Source of the DNA: Planctomycetota bacterium
GTDB lineage: Bacteria; Planctomycetota; UBA1135
NCBI GenBank assembly: GCA_024275135.1
Contig: JAJRZS010000022.1
Location: 12,516-76,515 of the forward strand
Direction: 5' to 3'
Length of the DNA stretch: 64,000 nucleotides
Shown piece by piece: positions 48,872 through 57,504 of the stretch. The notes beneath the pieces are model-generated. The model was given only the letters and a program-made list of their open reading frames with translations, made no database searches and was not told the DNA's origin. Positions within the stretch are counted from its first letter, which is position 1. Each line of letters starts with the position of its first letter. The translations under genes and the position numbers were made by a program.

Positions 48872-50643
48872 TATTGAAACAATCTTTGGATATCCATGGT
48901 TGTGACAAAAATTAGGAAAAACAGGACGATAAACACTCCTACCACTTGGAATGCATTCTGCACCGCCATGTTGATGGGGCGGCGAACCAAAATTTCGAAC
49001 AGAGCAAACAAGATATGCCCACCGTCAAGAGCTGGAATCGGTAGTAGGTTGAGAACTCCGAGGTTGACCGAAATCATGCAGAGAAAGAAAAGCAAGGGAA
49101 TGAATCCCTGGCTAGCAAAACTATGCGTCGCCGTGCCAATGGTGATGATGCCTCCCAAATTTTTACTGGCAATGGCTCCGGAACTCATTCTCTTTACAGT
49201 GGTGAGGACTTCACTCACCATGTTGGAAGCTTCTTGGAAGCCGAGGCGAACGGCACGAATGGGGCTTGCCACCACCACTTCTTCCTGGACGACTTGCATG
49301 GTAAGTTCATAACTATGCCTTGGAATCGGGGCCAGTTGGAAATCACAACTTTGGATCTCCGAGCTATTGGCAGCCACCCAGTTGAGATGAACCTTTGGCG
49401 CCGAGTTGGCGTTGGCAGAAAGGTCTAAAATAAACCCGCGCAATTCTTCAAAACTTCGCACGGGTTGTTGATTGACGCGTAGGATGCGGCATCCATCTTT
49501 AAGCCCAGCTTTATCCGCGGCACTTCCGGGGTAAATCGTATATTGAACCTCATCGCTGGGTTTGAGAGCAAGGCTTGCCGTCACTTCTTCGGCGCTGAGC
49601 AACAAATTCGGCTCGACAAATTTGTCTTCCTTTTCGGCGTGCAGTTGGATGTTTTTCAATCCGCCCTGCTCATGTACGGCCAAAAGGATGTCTTGCAGAT
49701 TGCGGATGGATTGGTGGTTAACTTCAAGAATGATGTCTCCGGGATGCAGCCAGTTGGCAAGGCCTCCTCGCACTTGGTCGACTTTGTTCGTCATAGGGCT
49801 TATGCCCAACTGTGGCGGCGCATCCGCTAAATCAATTGGCTGAGCCTGGAGTTGGGTTTTGTGAATTTCTCCCCCCTCATCGGCAAACTCAATGGTTAAG
49901 GTGTCTCCGGCGGTTTGTGCTCTCTCTAATACCGCGGCTAAGAGGGAAGTTTGCTCCACAGGAATTCCCTGTATGCGAAGGATATTACTATGGGGAAATT
50001 GCTTGTGGAGGGAGTTCGCAAAAGTGAGCTCCATGAGAGGGCCGATGCCAATTCCTTGGAAGCCTTTTTCTTGGTCGTAGTTGGGGGTTAGCGAAACGTT
50101 TCTCGGCTCTTCTCCCGGTGCTTGCACCAGCATGGTTAAAGCCATTTCTTTGGGGGCTAAAGCAATCGCGGAATGAATGTTGCGAAAACCGTAGATGGAA
50201 CGCCCTTGCACTTCGAGTATTCGGTCGCCACGCTGGATGCCTGCTTGCCAAGCCACAGCACCGGGCTGAACCGAGCCGACGACGGGAGCTTCGAATGGAA
50301 CTCCAACCAAAAAAAGAATGGGAATTAGCAGGAAAGCAAACAAGAAATTCATCAAAATCCCGCCCGAATAAAAGAGCAATCGTTTTGGGGCAGATGCGTA
50401 GAACAAATCTCCAGGCTTCGGTTTTTGCTCCGGGTCTTCGCCTGCCACCCGTACATAGCCGCCAAGAGGAATCCAGGCCAAACGAAAGGTGCAAGCTTTG
50501 CCCTGCCAGCGCAGGATTCTGGGGCCAAAGCCGAGGCTGAATTCCAAAACACGTATGCCAACAAAGCGAGCTGCGAAATAGTGTCCCGCTTCATGGATGA
50601 GGAGAAGAAAGCCAATGCCAAAGACGGTGAGGAGTAGAGCCAT
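48871..50643 (-). CDS. rseP: RIP metalloprotease RseP (site-2 protease, M50) with PDZ domains
   Basis: HEAGHYFAARFVG (HExxH), central PDZ-like segments, and C-terminal NLLPIPALDGGHIL. Confidence 0.9.
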   Translation of the reverse strand: MALLLTVFGIGFLLLIHEAGHYFAARFVGIRVLEFSLGFGPRILRWQGKACTFRLAWIPLGGYVRVAGEDPEQKPKPGDLFYASAPKRLLFYSGGILMNFLFAFLLIPILFLVGVPFEAPVVGSVQPGAVAWQAGIQRGDRILEVQGRSIYGFRNIHSAIALAPKEMALTMLVQAPGEEPRNVSLTPNYDQEKGFQGIGIGPLMELTFANSLHKQFPHSNILRIQGIPVEQTSLLAAVLERAQTAGDTLTIEFADEGGEIHKTQLQAQPIDLADAPPQLGISPMTNKVDQVRGGLANWLHPGDIILEVNHQSIRNLQDILLAVHEQGGLKNIQLHAEKEDKFVEPNLLLSAEEVTASLALKPSDEVQYTIYPGSAADKAGLKDGCRILRVNQQPVRSFEELRGFILDLSANANSAPKVHLNWVAANSSEIQSCDFQLAPIPRHSYELTMQVVQEEVVVASPIRAVRLGFQEASNMVSEVLTTVKRMSSGAIASKNLGGIITIGTATHSFASQGFIPLLFFLCMISVNLGVLNLLPIPALDGGHILFALFEILVRRPINMAVQNAFQVVGVFIVLFFLIFVTTMDIQRLFQ

Positions 50644-50646
50644 GAA

Positions 50647-51774
50647 TTAGGAATTGCTCGCTTCTAGGAGCTTGTTGGTGAGGGTGCGGGCGTTGGCATC
50701 GGCTTGATAGACCGCATCCAAATCAGCGATGGGGGAGCCTCCCAGTTGACCTAACACTTCGGCACATAGAGTGCTAATCCTGGGAAAGGGGATGCGGCCT
50801 TCAAGGAAGGCGTCAACCGCAATTTCATCCGCCGCATTCAAAACAGCGCCAGCATCCCCACCCATGGATGCTGCTTGCCAACCTAAGTGGAGGGCAGGGT
50901 AATGGTCGGGGCAAGGCTTTTCAAAGTTCAGTTCCGAGAATAACTCCGGTTGGAATCCTTGCAGTGGAGAGGGTAGGCGTTGCGGATAGTGGATGGCGTC
51001 ATGAATAGGCAGGCTCATGTCGGGAGGTCCCAGTTGCGCCAACATGGACCCATCGTGAAATTCAACCATCGAGTGAACTACGGATTGTCGGTGCAGCAAA
51101 ACTTCGATTTGCTCGGCTTCGACATCGAAAAGGTAATGCGCTTCGATGATTTCGAAAGCCTTGTTCATCATGGTTGCTGAGTCAATGGTGATGCGCGGGC
51201 CCATTTCCCAGTTGGGGTGAGCCAGGGCTTGCTCGGGGGTGACCTCTCCCAATTGGGGCAAAGGCAAATCTCGTAGGGCACCGCCAGAGGCCGTAAGGTA
51301 GAGCTTGCGAATATCTTGATGCTTGGCACCGCGCAGGCATTGGTGAATGGCCGAGTGCTCGGAATCCACGGGGACAATTTCGGCTCCGGTTTTGCGGGCG
51401 AGGGGGCCGAGCAAAGCGCCCGCCATCACCAGGGATTCCTTGTTGGCCAGGGCAAGGGTGCGTCCACTTTGCAAAATCGCCTCGGTGTAAGGCAGACCCG
51501 CTGCGCCGACAATCGCGTGCAGGCAGACCTCATAGTCCCCAGCGCGCAAGAAATCTAAGAGCTGTTGCTGTTGAGCCGGGTCTTGGGTAAGGAAGCGCTG
51601 GGCAGCTACCGGCCCGACCTGGCTGAGCTTATCCGCCTGTTGGTGGCAGGAGAGGGCGACCACTTGGAGAGGTGAGCCTGAATCCCGCAAAATCTGGAGC
51701 GCTTGGAGGCCCACCGTTCCAGTGGCTCCAAGGATGACGAGGCGGCGGGGGGTAGTCATGGTTGCAGGAATCAT
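50647..51774 (-). CDS. dxr: 1-deoxy-D-xylulose 5-phosphate reductoisomerase
   Basis: LVILGATGTVGLQAL, LANKESLV, PVDSEHSAI, LTASGGALR, HPNWEMGPRITIDSATMMNK. Confidence 0.95.
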   Translation of the reverse strand: MIPATMTTPRRLVILGATGTVGLQALQILRDSGSPLQVVALSCHQQADKLSQVGPVAAQRFLTQDPAQQQQLLDFLRAGDYEVCLHAIVGAAGLPYTEAILQSGRTLALANKESLVMAGALLGPLARKTGAEIVPVDSEHSAIHQCLRGAKHQDIRKLYLTASGGALRDLPLPQLGEVTPEQALAHPNWEMGPRITIDSATMMNKAFEIIEAHYLFDVEAEQIEVLLHRQSVVHSMVEFHDGSMLAQLGPPDMSLPIHDAIHYPQRLPSPLQGFQPELFSELNFEKPCPDHYPALHLGWQAASMGGDAGAVLNAADEIAVDAFLEGRIPFPRISTLCAEVLGQLGGSPIADLDAVYQADANARTLTNKLLEASNS

Positions 51775-51801
51775 ACGGGCGACACGGTAGAATCGTCAGG
51801 G

Positions 51802-52848
51802 ATGGGTGAGCCCACCTCCTCCAACTCTCTCAGCTACCGTGACGCTGGCGTCGATATCGCCGCGGCGGAGGCTGCTCTTGACGCCTCCAAACAAGCCATC
51901 CGCCGCAGCCATGGCCCTAGGGTTTTGGCTGATGTTGGCAGTTTTGGGGGCTTGTTTTCCGCCATGGACCTCGGGGAAAAGCCGGTTTTGGTGGCTTCTG
52001 CCGATGGGGTCGGTACCAAAATCCGCATTGCGTCTGCGATCCAACGTTTCGATACCGTAGGCCGGTGCCTGGTGCAACACTGCATCAATGACATCCTGGT
52101 GCAAGGTGCGGAACCCTTGTTCTTCCTCGATTATATTGGGGTTGGGAAATTGGATGCGGCCATGGTTGCAGCGGGCGTAACGGGTGTGGCCAATGCCTGC
52201 GCTGATCACGGAGTTGCCTTGCTGGGTGGCGAAACTGCAGAGATGCCAGGGGTTTATCCACAAGGCGAATTCGACTTGGTTGGCACCATCGTTGGCGTCG
52301 TCGAGCGTGACTATGTAATCGATGGCAGTGCTGTTCGCCCGGGAGACAAACTGCTGGGTTTACCTTCTGTTGGTTTGCATACCAACGGCTATTCCTTGGC
52401 GCGCCGCATTGTCGAAGAACGGATGGGGATTGCCTACACCGATCCATTTCCTGGGGATACGCGTTCGGCGGCTGATGTTTTGCTAGATCCACATTTGTGT
52501 TATTTGGAAACTTTGCGCCCATTTTTGCGGCATCCTGGGCTGCATGCGATGGCTCACATTACCGGTGGAGGAGTGCCTGGCAACTTACCGCGCGTCCTTC
52601 ATGGATATGGTGCAGAAGTTTCCCGTCAATCGGTACCGAAGCAAAATGTGTTTGAGCAACTTTGTGCTGCTGGCGACGTCGACCGCGAGGAAAGCTGGAA
52701 AGCATTCAATATGGGCGTGGGCATGATTTTGGTGGTAACCCCCGATGCCGAACAGGACATACAAAACCGTTTGCGCGACCAAGGCGAGGACGTTTTTGCG
52801 ATGGGCCAAATCTCTGCAGAGGTGGAAGGAGTCGTATGGTTGGATTGA
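51802..52848 (+). CDS. purM: phosphoribosylformylglycinamidine cyclo-ligase
   Basis: SYRDAGVDI, DGVGTKIRIA, NDILVQGAEPLFFLDY, GGETAEMPG, GLHTNGYSLAR. The track ORF starts at 51703. Confidence 0.92.
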   Translation: MGEPTSSNSLSYRDAGVDIAAAEAALDASKQAIRRSHGPRVLADVGSFGGLFSAMDLGEKPVLVASADGVGTKIRIASAIQRFDTVGRCLVQHCINDILVQGAEPLFFLDYIGVGKLDAAMVAAGVTGVANACADHGVALLGGETAEMPGVYPQGEFDLVGTIVGVVERDYVIDGSAVRPGDKLLGLPSVGLHTNGYSLARRIVEERMGIAYTDPFPGDTRSAADVLLDPHLCYLETLRPFLRHPGLHAMAHITGGGVPGNLPRVLHGYGAEVSRQSVPKQNVFEQLCAAGDVDREESWKAFNMGVGMILVVTPDAEQDIQNRLRDQGEDVFAMGQISAEVEGVVWLD

Positions 52849-53360
52849 TTTGTGTGCTTCTGTTGCTAGGTGCTGCGGGTGGGGTCGGCCAAGCTCCCGT
52901 TTCCCAACAGCATGTGGAGCGGGTGCGACAACTTTTGCAAAGCCCTCATCCAGAGGATGTGCGTTGGCTGAAAACCCTTTTTCAATCCCTCACTCGCCTG
53001 GAACATGGTCCCACCGATTTGATGCACGAGGGGTGGGCGTGGATGGCCAAAGATGGCACCGATGCTGCCCAGTCCAATTTCATTCTCTATTGCCGTCGGC
53101 ATCAGTTACCGCTGCCTGCGCCCACGCTAGCAGAAGGGGCCGACTCCACTTTGGAACGCGCTCTTGCTCTTTGGGGAGAGGGGAAGCTGGAAGCCTGTGG
53201 TCAAGCTCTGCAGGCTGGCTATGCTCAATATCCCCAGGATTCTCGCTACCGCAACAACCTGTTGTGGCTTCAAATGGAGCCACCAGCAACTTTGGCTGCC
53301 AATTGCACTCCTGGTGAGATGGCCCAAGCCATTCTCGCCGCCCGTTTCTCGCACACCTAA
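52836..53360 (+). CDS. hypothetical secreted helical protein
   Basis: An internal ATG gives signal peptide MVGLICVLLLLGAAGGVGQA. Overlaps the purM stop by 13 nt. No motif recognised. Confidence 0.45.
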   Translation: MVGLICVLLLLGAAGGVGQAPVSQQHVERVRQLLQSPHPEDVRWLKTLFQSLTRLEHGPTDLMHEGWAWMAKDGTDAAQSNFILYCRRHQLPLPAPTLAEGADSTLERALALWGEGKLEACGQALQAGYAQYPQDSRYRNNLLWLQMEPPATLAANCTPGEMAQAILAARFSHT

Positions 53361-53372
53361 GCTTAGGCTCTC

Positions 53373-54554
53373 ATGAATCGCTTCCTCACCCTTGTTGCCA
53401 TCTTCCTTTTTGCCATGCCGCTCATGGCACAGGATAAGCCCGAGTTGAAATCCTCCGACTTGAAAAAACTCAGCAAACCTTTTGGCGCCTGGGTGAATGC
53501 AAAAATCGAAGGCGATCCGGCAGCAGCCTCGAAAGCGATGATGGATTTGGATTCGGTGCGAGTGAAAGTGGAAAAGAAACTCAAAGGGCGCGCGGTTTTG
53601 TCTTTGGTGCGCGATTGGGAATGGGTGTTTCAAAACGGGCGTAAATTTGAAACTTCGGGTAAGCTAATTAAGAAGGGCAAGGTGCTGGAACGAGATATGG
53701 GGGCTTATGGCAAGTACTATGTTTGGTTGCCCTCCAGCTACAACCCTAACAAGGTCAGCTACCCGACCATTCTGTTACTAGATGCGGATCCTAGCACCAC
53801 TTTGAAAGCTTTGCCCCCGGAAGTGAAAGATACCTTTATTGTGTTGGCTCCGGAGATCAGCAGTCTGGATGCATCCGCATTGCTGGAAGTGGAAGGTCGC
53901 TCCTTAATCGTTGGTCCCATTGGTCAGGGAACGGTAAGTTATCGAGTCGACCGCCGTCATCTCTTTCTATTCGGGAAGGGGGAGATGGGGGTGCAGGCTG
54001 CGGCGACCTATGCTGCAGTTTTGCCCCATTTTTTTACCGGGGTTGCCCTGATTGGTGCAGAAGCCAAGCCTGTTCCAGGTCAGGGGAATTTGAAGCTTAT
54101 GCCCGTGGAGCAGAAGGAATCCCTGGCCGATGCAGCGGTATGGGCCTCGGGTTTAAGTTCGCATACCTTGTATCCAACCTCTTTTGAAGTCGAGTTGGTG
54201 GAGCCCTGGCAGGGGCGCGCTTTTTGGGTACAAGCGCTGAAATTCGACACGGGCGATGCCTTGCCAGAGGGCAAAGCCGCGCGGCTGAAGGTGGCTGTCG
54301 ACCGTGGCACGAATACCATTACCATTGATGGCGAATATGTTTATCAGGTGATGCTGCTGTTGAATGATGCTCTAGTTGATTTGGATAAACCCATCCATGT
54401 GCTGCGCAACGGCCAAACCTATACCTTCCAATCATCTCGTTCTCTGGGCACCTTGCTGGAGAATTATGTGCTGAGTTTGGACGGCTCTGTTTTTCCCGCG
54501 AAGTTGCGAGAGCTCGACTTGCCGATGGAATCTTCCAAGTCGGAAGAAGGCTAG
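53373..54554 (+). CDS. secreted alpha/beta-hydrolase-like protein lacking the nucleophile serine
   Basis: Signal peptide MNRFLTLVAIFLFAMPLMAQ. Esterase-like pattern YYVWLPSSYNPNKVSYPTILLLDAD ... VDRRHLFLFGKGEMGVQAA, where GxSxG would be expected. Confidence 0.55.
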   Translation: MNRFLTLVAIFLFAMPLMAQDKPELKSSDLKKLSKPFGAWVNAKIEGDPAAASKAMMDLDSVRVKVEKKLKGRAVLSLVRDWEWVFQNGRKFETSGKLIKKGKVLERDMGAYGKYYVWLPSSYNPNKVSYPTILLLDADPSTTLKALPPEVKDTFIVLAPEISSLDASALLEVEGRSLIVGPIGQGTVSYRVDRRHLFLFGKGEMGVQAAATYAAVLPHFFTGVALIGAEAKPVPGQGNLKLMPVEQKESLADAAVWASGLSSHTLYPTSFEVELVEPWQGRAFWVQALKFDTGDALPEGKAARLKVAVDRGTNTITIDGEYVYQVMLLLNDALVDLDKPIHVLRNGQTYTFQSSRSLGTLLENYVLSLDGSVFPAKLRELDLPMESSKSEEG

Positions 54555-54563
54555 GTTCCAATC

Positions 54564-56117
54564 ATGGCATTGTTCGTGGCGGCGCTGGCCGGTTTTGCCG
54601 TGCTCGCAGTAGAAATCCTTGGGGTGCATTTGTTAGCCCCCTGGTTTGGCACCTCCGCCTTGGTTTGGAGTCAACAAATCGGGTTGGTGCTGGCAGCGAT
54701 TGCCTGCGGGGGCTGGGCTGGAGGCCGCCTTGCAGCGCGCAGCAATAATCCCTTGGGCGCAGCGGCCTTGGCGTTGTTTCTTGGCGGGTTATGTTTAGCT
54801 GTGGGGATTTTCCTCCTTGCCCCATTTGCCCAGGCTCTGCTTCCTGCTGGTTTAACCCTGGATGAAGCGGCTACGGTGTTTCAGCGTGGATCTTTTTCCG
54901 CAGCCTTGTTGTTTTTTGTACCCCCTGTGTTTTTGCTTTCTTTGCTAAACCCCTTGTTGGTGCAAATCCGCGCTCAAGAACGTGGTGCCGGTCGGGCTGC
55001 TGGCGATATTTCTGCGGCAGGCACTTTGGGGTCTTTGTTGGGGGTGCTTTTTTCCACCTTTCTTGCCATTCCGAGCATCGGTGTTAGGCATACCTTCATT
55101 CTAACCAGTGTGGCTTTGTTGTTTGCTGGTGGCTTGCTATGGCAGCGGCGGGGGCGAAGTGCGCTTGCCCTGTTTCCGCTTTTGCTTTTTTTGCAAAGAG
55201 ATCCTGCTTGGGCAGCCAACCTTCCTGCCGGGGCCACGGTTTTAGCCATGCGGGATAGCTCTTATCAGCATTTACGCGTGGTGGAGTTCGCAGGTGGGGA
55301 GCGATGGTTGCAAATGAATGAAGGCTTGGATTCCTTTCAATCGATTTATCAGCCTAGTCAAAAATGGCCTGGCGGCTATTACGACTTGTTTGCCTTGGCT
55401 CCCTTGTATGTCTCGGCCCCGCCATTTCCTCTTGGCAAATCCCTGCAGGCTTGGGTTTTAGGTTATGGAGCTGGGAGCACGATGGAGCCATTGCGCCACG
55501 GGGCCAAGGGCACGGAATTGCATGTGGTTGGGGTGGAGCTTGATCCCACAGTGGTCGAGCTTGGTCAAGCTTGGATGCCTTTACCCGCGAATACAGCAGA
55601 AATGGTGGATGTCTATGCGGGGGCTGACGCGCGTAGTTTTTTCCGCGCTGCACCCAAGGACTTGGATTTGGTTTTGTTGGACGCCTATACCCGACAGTTC
55701 GAGATTCCTTTGCATCTCGTCACTCAAGAGTTCTTCCATGAGGTGTACCAGCATTTACGTCCGGGAGGAGTTTTTGCGTTGAACCTTGGAACCACAGCAA
55801 GTGTGGACGCTGGCCTTGGCTTTGTCGGCAGTATTCTTCATGGCTTGCAAGAAAGCTTTGGCACCCATGTGCGCATGCACCGAGTGCCGCGCAGCCGCAA
55901 CTGGGTGATATTTGCACGCAAGGATGCTCCATTCCCTGATTTAGAGCAACTTCACGCCTTACTGCCGCCCGGTTTCCCTTTGGCTGTTGGCGCTGCCTGC
56001 CTGCCAGGCCAGTCGCGGGATTTGGGTCCGGAGCATGTGCAAAGCGAAGCCTTTACCGACGACCGCAATCCTCTGCAACTGGAGCAATCTTTGGAGTGGT
56101 GGAGGGAGGCTCCTTGA
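54564..56117 (+). CDS. fused polytopic membrane domain / spermidine synthase-like methyltransferase-fold protein
   Basis: About 7 N-terminal TM helices, then YQHLRVVEF...LQMNEG, VLGYGAGS and DLVLLDAY, typical of the spermidine synthase family. Confidence 0.75.
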   Translation: MALFVAALAGFAVLAVEILGVHLLAPWFGTSALVWSQQIGLVLAAIACGGWAGGRLAARSNNPLGAAALALFLGGLCLAVGIFLLAPFAQALLPAGLTLDEAATVFQRGSFSAALLFFVPPVFLLSLLNPLLVQIRAQERGAGRAAGDISAAGTLGSLLGVLFSTFLAIPSIGVRHTFILTSVALLFAGGLLWQRRGRSALALFPLLLFLQRDPAWAANLPAGATVLAMRDSSYQHLRVVEFAGGERWLQMNEGLDSFQSIYQPSQKWPGGYYDLFALAPLYVSAPPFPLGKSLQAWVLGYGAGSTMEPLRHGAKGTELHVVGVELDPTVVELGQAWMPLPANTAEMVDVYAGADARSFFRAAPKDLDLVLLDAYTRQFEIPLHLVTQEFFHEVYQHLRPGGVFALNLGTTASVDAGLGFVGSILHGLQESFGTHVRMHRVPRSRNWVIFARKDAPFPDLEQLHALLPPGFPLAVGAACLPGQSRDLGPEHVQSEAFTDDRNPLQLEQSLEWWREAP

Positions 56118-56626
56118 TGATTTTGTTACCTTTTGCTTTTCTGTTTTCCTCGGCAATGCCGGTGCAATCCCAGCAGATCTCGCAGGTGCAGGAAGATGCC
56201 AGGGCTTTGGTTGGTTTTTATTTGCAACAACAAGCTTTGGCTATGCCTGAGCGTGCCCAGGAATCTCGTATCTTGCAACGTGCCGAAGTTTATCGCTGGG
56301 CCGGGGCGGAAGGAGAGTTGCGGGAGGAAATCCAAAACCTCACCGAAGACCACCCCATGGGACTATTGCATGCCATGGTTGCCGATTGCTGGAATCCCGC
56401 GCATTATGAAGTCGGTTTGCAGCGGGCGAAAACCTGGCTGGTGAAGTATCTGCAAGTAGGGGGGAGCAATCACGAGTTGGCCCAACAGGTCCAAGACTTT
56501 TTACAGGAAGCCGATGCACACCGTAAAACAATTGCGGAGTTACGTCGTTCCAGCCAGTGGATTCCTGTTCTGTCTGTCCTCATGATAGGTTTCTTCCTTA
56601 CTCGTGTATTTCGTTGGATGCCATGA
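56117..56626 (+). CDS. hypothetical protein with signal peptide and C-terminal TM anchor
   Basis: TGATG overlap with the upstream stop. MILLPFAFLFSSAMPVQS leader and C-terminal WIPVLSVLMIGFFLTRVF. Confidence 0.5.
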   Translation: MILLPFAFLFSSAMPVQSQQISQVQEDARALVGFYLQQQALAMPERAQESRILQRAEVYRWAGAEGELREEIQNLTEDHPMGLLHAMVADCWNPAHYEVGLQRAKTWLVKYLQVGGSNHELAQQVQDFLQEADAHRKTIAELRRSSQWIPVLSVLMIGFFLTRVFRWMP

Positions 56627-57450
56627 TGTCTTGGTTTGCTCGCAAAAAAAGCACCGATAAGATTCTGCTGTTTGCGCCAGATGGACGCGAGTGGGAGCGC
56701 TGTTTTCCTGCCGGTTATTGGCAGGGGCTGTTGGCACAATTACTGAAGAGTGGAGGCGACGCTGCCCAGCTGCAATGGGAGCATGCTCATCAGTTGGGTC
56801 TTAGCTTTTTGCGCAAACATTGGCCTGAGGAGTTGGATTTGCCTTGTGGGGCCTATTTGCGCCTGCAGGAGGGCCGAAATCCCGTTTGTGTTTTGCAGGT
56901 GGAGTTGGCGGATGGGGTTTCTCTTCGGGAATATGGTGAAGATTTGCTGCGTGGGTTTTCAGGGAAACCTTCCTTGCGGGAAATTGAACTTGAAGCGGTG
57001 CCTGTAGAACCAGACCCGGAACCAGACCCGGAACCAGACCCGGAACCAGACCCGGAACCAGACCCGGAACCAGACCCGGAACCAGACCCGGAACCAGACC
57101 CGGAACCAGACCCGGAACCAGATTTGCCAAAGGTGGAAGTGGTATCCCCAGGTTCCAGAATGCAAGAGCCTGGCGGGCGCCGGTGGCAGCAACAGCCTGA
57201 GGATCTTTTCGGGTTAGCTGGCGAAGTGCATCCCGCCGACTTACTGGATCATGGCCTTGAGATTCGTAAAGAAGATTTACCCTGGCTCAACCCTGGCGAC
57301 TCCATCATTTCTCCCCGGCGAGGACCCTGTCGAATTAAACGGGTGGAGGATGATGCCATGCAGGTGGTGGCCAAAGATGAAAATGGCCAACTCCTTGTTT
57401 TGAGCTACCAAGAGTTGTTGGCAGAGTTCAGTTTCGACGACGGCAATTAG
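56623..57450 (+). CDS. hypothetical protein with a central (EPDP)n acidic proline-rich repeat
   Basis: ATGA overlap with the upstream stop. A 128-aa N-terminal domain, (EPDP)9-EPDL, then a roughly 105-aa C-terminal domain. Followed by a clear terminator hairpin. Confidence 0.6.
   Translation: MMSWFARKKSTDKILLFAPDGREWERCFPAGYWQGLLAQLLKSGGDAAQLQWEHAHQLGLSFLRKHWPEELDLPCGAYLRLQEGRNPVCVLQVELADGVSLREYGEDLLRGFSGKPSLREIELEAVPVEPDPEPDPEPDPEPDPEPDPEPDPEPDPEPDPEPDPEPDLPKVEVVSPGSRMQEPGGRRWQQQPEDLFGLAGEVHPADLLDHGLEIRKEDLPWLNPGDSIISPRRGPCRIKRVEDDAMQVVAKDENGQLLVLSYQELLAEFSFDDGN
57007..57126 (+). repeat. in-frame tandem repeat: 9 perfect copies of GAACCAGACCCG plus a diverged 10th copy
   Basis: Counted directly. 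Perfect 12-mers span 57007-57114. The 10th copy is GAACCAGATTTG (57115-57126). Confidence 0.95.
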
Positions 57451-57452
57451 AA

Positions 57453-57488
57453 AAAACCAGGAAACTGCTAGTGCAGCCTCCTGGTTTT
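57453..57488. terminator. bidirectional rho-independent terminator between convergent genes
   Basis: A 10-bp perfect stem, AAAACCAGGA (57453-57462) with TCCTGGTTTT (57479-57488), and a 16-nt loop. An A-run lies on one side and a T-run on the other. Confidence 0.7.
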
Positions 57489-57504
57489 GTGGAGGAGGAA
57501 CAAA

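Noticed and set aside
57007-57126. Possible CRISPR-like array
   Set aside because: The units are 12 nt, directly abutting with no spacers, in frame within a CDS, and there are no cas genes. It is a coding microsatellite-type repeat.
56801-57192. Minus-strand ORFs translating to (GLVP)n and (VWFR)n
   Set aside because: Artefacts of reading the 12-nt tandem repeat in other frames.
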